From IMG/VR virus record IMGVR_UViG_3300027708_001885, positions 1-64,000 of that record: a DNA stretch of 64,000 nt, one strand, 5' to 3'. Position 1 is the stretch's first letter, and each line of letters begins with the position of its first letter. The notes under the pieces are model-generated. The model was not told where the DNA came from. It ran no database searches and saw nothing but the letters and a program-made list of their open reading frames with translations. The position numbers and the translations under genes are program-made. Shown here in pieces: positions 58,070 to 64,000 of this stretch. The DNA is from a virus.

Positions 58070-58720
58070 ATGAAAAAAATAGGAATTGCAATTACCGGGG
58101 AAATATACAGTATACCCCGACCCGGCTTTGTTCATCAACGTAATTGGACATTAACCAGGGACAATATCAAAACCAATTTAATTGGTTCTTTTGAAGAAAA
58201 TAATGTTGTTAATGTTTACACTACAACATATGAAAATGAAAAAGTAGAAGAAGTAGTTAAATTTTATTCACCTACTAAATCTTTAGTGCTATCTCCTGAA
58301 GGTAGTCATCAAAGACTTACCTACATTAAGAGCATGGAAAATCTTTTAGATCAAGATCTAGATTTTATCATAGCAGCCCGATTTGATCTAGCGTTTGATC
58401 AAGAAGTTGTTAACTTCAATTGGGATTATGATAAAATGAATTTTGTTTCTAAGGAAATGATGGGCTGGGAAACTTTACAGTTTGTCACAGACACATTCTT
58501 TGGATTTCCTAAAAAATATCTACAATCTTTTATCAATAGCATTAAAAATTCACATGCTCATCTTGAAGAAACACAGCCTGGAAACATCGGTGTTCATTAC
58601 ATGCACGATATCTACAGGCATATGGTCATGGAAGTCAATAACGAAAATATACATTTCCTAGTTCCTGACAAGCAATGGGCTAATCAAATTCCGGGTATGT
58701 ATAGGATAGTTAGAGCCTAA
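58070..58720 (+). CDS. Glycosyltransferase-like hypothetical protein
   Basis: IAI.ITG, DFII.ARFDL, VTD; TATAAATA upstream. Confidence 0.6.
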   Translation: MKKIGIAITGEIYSIPRPGFVHQRNWTLTRDNIKTNLIGSFEENNVVNVYTTTYENEKVEEVVKFYSPTKSLVLSPEGSHQRLTYIKSMENLLDQDLDFIIAARFDLAFDQEVVNFNWDYDKMNFVSKEMMGWETLQFVTDTFFGFPKKYLQSFINSIKNSHAHLEETQPGNIGVHYMHDIYRHMVMEVNNENIHFLVPDKQWANQIPGMYRIVRA

Positions 58721-58723
58721 AAT

Positions 58724-58798
58724 TGGCATCCCCTGTTCGATTTGCACGAACCCTGGTGATTTTGGAGATCACTGTGCTGCTGCTGACACTAAGGAGAT
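58724..58798 (-). tRNA. tRNA-Trp(CCA)
   Basis: GTGAT-CTCCAAA-ATCAC; atypical T loop. Confidence 0.82.
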
Positions 58799-58804
58799 AT
58801 AAAA

Positions 58805-58892
58805 TGGCGGAGCGTGTAGGAATCGAACCTACTCACCCATTTCTGGATGACGGGTTAGCAACCCGCTGCCTTGACCGGTCGGCCAACGCTCC
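58805..58892 (-). tRNA. tRNA-Ser(GCU)
   Basis: Class II cloverleaf, G73. Confidence 0.92.
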
Positions 58893-58898
58893 TAAAAT

Positions 58899-59012
58899 TG
58901 GTACGACTGGTAGGTCCTGCCCCTACAAGGGCTGCGAGTTATACTCATCGCCCCGGCCCCATTCCGTGCTATAAGCACAGCGGGAGGTCTGCTATATTCC
59001 ACTCACAGTCGC
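58899..59012 (-). ncRNA. 114-nt tRNA-like RNA with enlarged anticodon and variable arms
   Basis: GCGACTG/CAGTCGT-ACCA acceptor, GTAGG/CCTAC T stem. Confidence 0.65.
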
Positions 59013-59019
59013 ATATATA

Positions 59020-59047
59020 ATTATACACGAGTTAAGTAGAATGTCAA
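59020..59047 (-). promoter_or_regulatory. sigma70 promoter inside tRNA array
   Basis: TTGACA-16-TATAAT. Confidence 0.75.
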
Positions 59048-59053
59048 GTTATT

Positions 59054-59148
59054 TGGTGGAAAGCGGAGGAGTCGAACCCCACCCTGTTCTTCACAAGGAC
59101 CCAGTTTTCAAGACTGGTCGGGGAACCAACTCCCCTGCATCACTTTCC
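59054..59148 (-). tRNA. tRNA-Ser(UGA) with 8/4 fold
   Basis: 8-bp acceptor, 4-bp T stem, 6-bp D stem, long variable arm. Confidence 0.78.
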
Positions 59149-59154
59149 ATTATT

Positions 59155-59231
59155 TGGCGGTCCCAAGGGGATTCGAACCCCTGCCGACGGCGTGACAAGC
59201 CGCTGTACTGACCAGGCTATACTATGGGACC
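59155..59231 (-). tRNA. tRNA-Asp(GUC)
   Basis: Cloverleaf, G73. Confidence 0.92.
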
Positions 59232-59237
59232 TAAAAC

Positions 59238-59313
59238 TGGCGCCACAGACGGGAATCGAACCCGCCTCGATCGGATAGACAATCCGGTGCCCTACCCAGA
59301 GGACTACTGTGGC
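59238..59313 (-). tRNA. tRNA-Asp(GUC), second divergent copy
   Basis: TT-GTC-TA loop, GCCA. Confidence 0.85.
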
Positions 59314-59317
59314 ATAT

Positions 59318-59392
59318 TGGCATCCTGCACGGGTATCGATCCCGTTCCTACACCTTGAAAGGGTGTTGATCTAGCCAGTAATCTAGCAGGAT
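59318..59392 (-). tRNA. tRNA-Glu(UUC), second copy
   Basis: Cloverleaf, CCA. Confidence 0.85.
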
Positions 59393-59398
59393 ATAATT

Positions 59399-59473
59399 TG
59401 GTGCTCTGTTACGGAATCGAACCGCATTCTGATGCTTACAAGACACCTGCATCGCCATCAATGCTTACAGAGC
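59399..59473 (-). tRNA. tRNA-Thr(UGU), second copy
   Basis: Cloverleaf, CCA. Confidence 0.85.
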
Positions 59474-59478
59474 CAATT

Positions 59479-59553
59479 TGGTGGAGGCCGAGGGAATCGA
59501 ACCCTTCTAGTCACGATCCTTGCAAGGGAACGCCGCAGCCCACTGCTGCCCCC
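59479..59553 (-). tRNA. Atypical tRNA-Ala(UGC)
   Basis: G3:U70, CT-TGC-AA loop, reduced D arm; overlapped by HNH ORF. Confidence 0.7.
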
Positions 59554-60088
59554 AAATTATATCTTGCCATCTGATAGCATTCTTACTATCATAATCAAGC
59601 CTATTATTTTTGCTTTGATTATCTCGAGCCGGCAAGTATTGTAAATTATCCTGATGATGAAGTCCACCTTTTGATAATGGTACCTTGTGGTCGACTTGGA
59701 ATCCTTCAGGAACAAATTGATAAATTTGTCTAATTAAAATTAAATCAGCATCGTCAGGTATCGCATTTCTTTTCCGTGCTCTGTAAGCATAGACATTTGC
59801 TTTATTGCCTGCTTTTTTATGTTCTTCAGACACCCTGCCTTTTTTATCCCAGTAAGCATTTCTACCTGCTGAAATTTTTGTAGAGTGCTCTGCTGTCCTT
59901 GGAGGAAGTTTTACACCCTTTCTGTTTGGCATTTTTGCCTTACCAGAAATAATTGCTTCCTTAACACCTTTAGCAATTTTTTCTTTAGTATCTGCTGTTC
60001 TAATTCTGCTGTTAGCACATGCTCTTGAGCAAAATTTTCCAGATCCAAAGGATCCATTGTGTTTGGCATCGCATTTAAAACATATCAT
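59507..60088 (-). CDS. HNH homing endonuclease
   Basis: FCSRACAN, NUMOD3-like repeats, VDHKVPLSKGGLH...NLQ..N..K. Confidence 0.9.
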   Translation of the reverse strand: MICFKCDAKHNGSFGSGKFCSRACANSRIRTADTKEKIAKGVKEAIISGKAKMPNRKGVKLPPRTAEHSTKISAGRNAYWDKKGRVSEEHKKAGNKANVYAYRARKRNAIPDDADLILIRQIYQFVPEGFQVDHKVPLSKGGLHHQDNLQYLPARDNQSKNNRLDYDSKNAIRWQDIIWGQQWAAAFPCKDRD

Positions 60089-60143
60089 AATAGTTCTCCC
60101 AATTGTATTTATACAATTGAACTCATCTACTACAAATTACATA

Positions 60144-60219
60144 TGGCTCCATCTGTTGGATTCGAACCAACCTCTTCCGGTTAACAGCCGGGGGTACTCA
60201 CCGAGAATACTAAGATGGA
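60144..60219 (-). tRNA. tRNA-Asn(GUU), second copy
   Basis: Cloverleaf, CCA. Confidence 0.88.
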
Positions 60220-60230
60220 ATAGAATATTT

Positions 60231-60317
60231 TGGTGGAACCCCAAGGAATCGAACCTCTTGCCACCACCCACCTTATTTTGGCTACGATTTTACAGACCGC
60301 AAGCGGGAAAGGGCTCC
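60231..60317 (-). tRNA. D-armless tRNA-Tyr(GUA)-like RNA
   Basis: Acceptor, anticodon and T arms present; only 10 nt where the D arm belongs. Confidence 0.65.
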
Positions 60318-60558
60318 ATTAAACACACTCTAGCAGTTTATCTTTCTGCCTCTCTATACTATGTACTCGGAACGAATGTGTGTATTAAAGTACTTTCCGC
60401 TACGCTGTCGTGCCCGTTGGAGGGGTCAAGTGAAAGCACTTTAATACGAACTAATTTTTAGTCCCACAAGAGGGATTCCATCCTAGTCGCCGCCCGTTTG
60501 CCCCAATGTTTTACGTGCAGGGCGAGGACCTCGTTTCCTCATATCACACGTTGCGATG

Positions 60559-60711
60559 TTAACGACCTCCGCAGAGCGTCTCTCGCTTTCTCATAGCTTC
60601 ATAACTTTGAACAGCTCTTGCCAACTTGTTCTCAAACAACTGTTTAAGTTGTTCAGGAGTTAGCGTATGCTGTCTAAGCCATTCAGCTTGTTTGATCTTT
60701 TTACTGTCCAT
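60559..60711 (-). CDS. Small 50-aa protein directly after the attenuator
   Basis: MDSKKIKQAEWLRQHTLTPEQLKQLFENKLARAVQSYEAMRKRETLCGGR. Confidence 0.5.
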   Translation of the reverse strand: MDSKKIKQAEWLRQHTLTPEQLKQLFENKLARAVQSYEAMRKRETLCGGR

Positions 60712-60722
60712 TTTCTTTTTGG

Positions 60723-60759
60723 AAAACAAAAAACCCCAGGGTTCTTAATCCTGGGGTCC
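60723..60759 (-). terminator. Intrinsic terminator (attenuator) ahead of the tRNA array
   Basis: GACCCCAGG..CCTGGGGTT stem followed by TTTTGTTTT. Confidence 0.9.
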
Positions 60760-60782
60760 TTGGAAGTTAAAATGTAATCTAG

Positions 60783-60926
60783 TTACACTTTGGTCTCCTG
60801 GGACCCCGAGTTAATCTCCGGTGTGCGATCATAACTTGACAGACTATTAATCGCTAACCAGCTGGCGGACATGCATCCAACCTGTTTGGCTATCGTATTA
60901 AAATGTTGTCTTTGTTGCGATTGCAT
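60783..60926 (-). CDS. Putative attenuator leader peptide containing all 20 amino acids
   Basis: MQSQQRQHFNTIAKQVGCMSASWLAINSLSSYDRTPEINSGSQETKV; codons 40-44 complementary to the terminator 5-prime arm. Confidence 0.75.
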   Translation of the reverse strand: MQSQQRQHFNTIAKQVGCMSASWLAINSLSSYDRTPEINSGSQETKV

Positions 60927-60984
60927 TTTGTTTTCTCTTTAAACCTTTGTTTACATCGACAGCACCATTGCTGCCTATGTGTTA

Positions 60985-61117
60985 ATTATACATTTATTTA
61001 GTCTCGTTGTCAACCACTATTTGCAAGTTTGGCAAAATATTTTAAAGTATTTTGCTTTTTTGCCTACAATGCTTGCTAACTAGTCTCTATTGTACAACAG
61101 TTTTTCACTGCTGTCAA
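60985..61117 (-). promoter_or_regulatory. Tandem sigma70 promoters heading the tRNA array
   Basis: TTGACA-17-TATAAT (60985-61013) and TTGACA-17-TACAAT (61089-61117). Confidence 0.85.
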
Positions 61118-61158
61118 GTACTTTAGACAATTTATTTTGTTGTATTTTTACAACAAAA

Positions 61159-61758
61159 TTAGAGGACCCCAAATCTTATTTTAACTATCTCATCGAATGT
61201 AGGGTTTCCTTCAAGCCGGACGGTAAGAACTGAACGATATGTTCCGTCAATATTGCTATTTGCACTATGCGGAACATCAACCCGGGTAATTGTTGGTACA
61301 TCATATATTTCAACGTTATCTAAAAGACTTGGTATACTATACCAATTAATGGCCCAAAATGGCACGGCCTTATTAGTAATTTCATCTATCCTAATTTGAG
61401 CCGTAAGTGTATAATCCCCACCCATCCAAAACATACATGTATTTCTACATCCGTCCAGCGGAATAATAATAGAAGCGTGTATCATTCCAACTTGGCCAGT
61501 TTCTGGTATACGATTACCGTCAACATGTAAATGATCTTTTGATATATCAAAGTTTTTTCTTTTAATACATAACAAATTGCGGACCTTAGGCAATCCATAT
61601 TCAGCTAATTCTAAATTAAGAATACTAGAAATTTTTCCATTAGTATCCAGTTGTCTAAGATATAGATCATCTTTGTTGAACTGATCCATATAAACTGACG
61701 CAAAATGTTGCAATTCTTTAAAACACTTTAATGGAAATGGATAATGCAACTTATCCAT
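61159..61758 (-). CDS. Cupin/2OG-Fe(II) oxygenase-like protein
   Basis: HVDG, IIPL.GC..T.M.W, PHS, R..LTVR; resembles 52769-53254. Confidence 0.6.
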   Translation of the reverse strand: MDKLHYPFPLKCFKELQHFASVYMDQFNKDDLYLRQLDTNGKISSILNLELAEYGLPKVRNLLCIKRKNFDISKDHLHVDGNRIPETGQVGMIHASIIIPLDGCRNTCMFWMGGDYTLTAQIRIDEITNKAVPFWAINWYSIPSLLDNVEIYDVPTITRVDVPHSANSNIDGTYRSVLTVRLEGNPTFDEIVKIRFGVL

Positions 61759-62212
61759 TACTAAGTCTTATTTGTTGAAAAGTTTCAAAGTATGATATAT
61801 AATCGTCATATCCTAAAAAAGAAAAGTTATCCGATTGGTCCTCAAGTACAGTTACAGAAGTACCTAATATATGATATTCCACTTCTCGTTGAATAATACG
61901 ATAGGGCAAAATTGTGTCGTGATTATCAATTCTCCATTTATTAAAATCATCAAAATTTTCAAACAATACTTGTGCCCCTACTGTATGTTTGTCTAGAGAT
62001 TCAAAAAATGTCATTGTAGAAACTTTGTTTAAAGAAGACACAATTTTAGAATCAAAATCGATGTAATCGTTTAACAAAGCGATGCCTTGGTCAATGCATT
62101 TAAATATTTCTATATTGGTTTCGGTTTTTATTTTAGATTTATCTTTTAGCATTTCAAAATTAAAAATGTTTAAATCTGAAAAATCATATCGATGGAGTAA
62201 TTGAAATTTCAT
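61751..62212 (-). CDS. Hypothetical protein
   Basis: AT-rich ORF with AAAGGA RBS. Confidence 0.6.
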   Translation of the reverse strand: MKFQLLHRYDFSDLNIFNFEMLKDKSKIKTETNIEIFKCIDQGIALLNDYIDFDSKIVSSLNKVSTMTFFESLDKHTVGAQVLFENFDDFNKWRIDNHDTILPYRIIQREVEYHILGTSVTVLEDQSDNFSFLGYDDYISYFETFQQIRLSNG

Positions 62213-62240
62213 ATAATTTCCCTTTAACTTATTAATGTAT

Positions 62241-63863
62241 TTATTCCGTAATCAATAACGTAGGGTAATATTTGTTATTTGAAAATTCAATTTTTGATTT
62301 AAAAGGCATTCGGGTAGCAGGAATTGTAGGTATAATTCTGTTTTTCATATAATTAAAAGGAACAGGACCTGCCTGAAATTTCATATAATTTACATATTCT
62401 GTTACTTTTTTATAGCTATATAGATTAAGATTTTTTTCTTCTTCAACATATTTCAAAGTACGTAATTGTTTCATAGTGTAATCTTTTAATAATGCCATAA
62501 CACAAAATGCAGTTACATTATTAATAATGTACGGACGTTTTTTATTAAAATCTTCAGTTAACTCTCTACTTAATGTAATAGCATCTCCAACATTCATTAA
62601 ATCTGTTTCCCAGTTAATATTTTCTTCAAAAAATGTTCTAGTCTGTTCATACTTGATAGCATTTTCTCTATAAGATTCTGGAATGTCTGTTGCTACCCTA
62701 TAATATTTTTGATACAATCCTTTACTAAACAATGACTCTCCTATTTTAGGAATACCTAATGGAGTGTAGAATACATTGTCAAAAAAATCTCCATTAACTA
62801 AAATATCCTGTTGTTTTTGTATATCTTCTATAGTATCGTAGGGCAATCCGATAATAATGTTGATGTTAACTGCAACTTGATCTCTCCACACATTTCTAGC
62901 AGCAACTAGTGAGTCTACTGCATTTATGCCATATCCTTTTCCCACTGTAGATCCTGCCTTTTTGTTTAATGTTTCGATACCTAAATTGGCGCCACGAAGA
63001 CCTGAATCCATAAGTTTTTCAGCCGAACCTTTAATCTTATCTAGTAATTCTACTCGTATGTATCCACCAAATTCTAATTCAAATGGTAATCTCTTGCTTA
63101 CTTTATATAATTGATCAATTTTTTCCTCACTATCATTTAACGTGTCATCACTGAATTGATACCGCGTTGTTCCAAAATTATCATAATTATGCATAAGTGT
63201 TTCGTATAGCACATCTTCGGTTTTGTTGTAATCTCCAAAGTTTTTTCCTGTCATGTTGTAATCGCAAAATGAGCATTTGAATACACATCCCCTACCCAGC
63301 TCTATAGGAAGAGTTTCGTTGTTTTGTACCCCATCCTCATTTGTAAATATTAAAAGTTTGTTTTTATTAAAATCTTGGTAATCATAAATTTTATCACTAA
63401 CAAACCCATCTTCGTCTAATATAAGATCATCACCGTACAGTTCGTGTGCAATAATTGCTTTTAGGGTAATTTCTCCTTGTCCTTTTACTTTGTAATCATA
63501 TGGTAGTATAGACTTTTCATTACGAGTAACTTTAGAACCCCCTACAATGAATACACAATTAGGATTGATAGATTTAATTTTATTCATGATAGGGTCGAAC
63601 AATCTATCGCACTCTGACATAACATTAATCATAGAGCCGGGCGATCCAAGCAATGTAGTACTTAAACAAATAAATCTTGTTTCTAGAGTTACATATTTGT
63701 CTATCAATTCAAATAAGTCAATTTGACGCATAGAAAATACATGATCTATTACAATGCTTGATAGACCCGTTTCTCTAAATATATTTGCCAGTATATACGA
63801 CCCAGCGGGTTTTGTTCCAAATCGAACACGACTATATCCACAAAATATTACACTATCACTCAT
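62241..63863 (-). CDS. Radical SAM protein with B12-binding-like N-terminal domain
   Basis: RGCVFKCSFC, SDDT.N, GIET, IIGLP.D. Confidence 0.88.
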   Translation of the reverse strand: MSDSVIFCGYSRVRFGTKPAGSYILANIFRETGLSSIVIDHVFSMRQIDLFELIDKYVTLETRFICLSTTLLGSPGSMINVMSECDRLFDPIMNKIKSINPNCVFIVGGSKVTRNEKSILPYDYKVKGQGEITLKAIIAHELYGDDLILDEDGFVSDKIYDYQDFNKNKLLIFTNEDGVQNNETLPIELGRGCVFKCSFCDYNMTGKNFGDYNKTEDVLYETLMHNYDNFGTTRYQFSDDTLNDSEEKIDQLYKVSKRLPFELEFGGYIRVELLDKIKGSAEKLMDSGLRGANLGIETLNKKAGSTVGKGYGINAVDSLVAARNVWRDQVAVNINIIIGLPYDTIEDIQKQQDILVNGDFFDNVFYTPLGIPKIGESLFSKGLYQKYYRVATDIPESYRENAIKYEQTRTFFEENINWETDLMNVGDAITLSRELTEDFNKKRPYIINNVTAFCVMALLKDYTMKQLRTLKYVEEEKNLNLYSYKKVTEYVNYMKFQAGPVPFNYMKNRIIPTIPATRMPFKSKIEFSNNKYYPTLLITE

Positions 63864-64000
63864 TTATTGCCTTTGGGGTATAGATGTGCTTACCATTAAG
63901 ACTGACTGACATAAAATGGTCGTTAATCTCTATTAACTTTATAATTTTTTTAGCAATTTCATCGTCGGTAAAATACGCAGTTTTCCAAGGTGGATTATTT

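Noticed and set aside
59479-59553. tmRNA
   Set aside because: Has Ala identity ends but is only 75 nt with a UGC anticodon loop and no tag reading frame
45649-60317. Stop-codon reassignment or suppressor tRNAs
   Set aside because: No CUA, UUA or UCA anticodon found; known genes are intact in the standard code and TAG, TGA and TAA all end genes
48461-60461. Short ORF-track entries across the tRNA array (e.g. 48871, 49857, 52253, 55840, 58723, 60057)
   Set aside because: They overlap tRNA or structured RNA genes and lack RBS or protein motifs

Overview
A 64 kb segment of a large T4-like/jumbo tailed phage genome, probably infecting a Gram-negative host (spanins, GH19 endolysin, perfect sigma70 promoters plus TAAATA late promoters). 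It uses the standard genetic code and most genes lie on the minus strand. 1-11 kb: probable head-internal proteins with in-frame QGVAE repeats, three nucleotidyltransferase-fold proteins, Dps and a collagen tail fibre. 11-31 kb: ClpA, DnaJ, lysis cassette, PhoH, clamp loader, GroES, a DnaE fragment, a second tail fibre, UvsE, a DfrB-type DHFR, QueD and ClpP. 31-48 kb: small hypotheticals, GalE, FolE, dCMP deaminase, glycosyltransferases and kinase/phosphatase genes. 48-61 kb: an array of about 38 tRNA or tRNA-like genes, many non-canonical and one with a group I intron. The array also holds Y-RNA-like and other structured RNAs, three endonucleases attached to tRNA genes, an RNA polymerase omega subunit and AT-rich oxygenase cassettes. 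The top candidate for a new system is at the head of the array. Tandem sigma70 promoters drive a 47-codon leader peptide containing all 20 amino acids, and its end can pair with and disrupt an intrinsic terminator. This looks like a translation-coupled attenuator that switches on the phage tRNA array when any tRNA becomes limiting. All calls come from reading the sequence by eye; no database searches were run.
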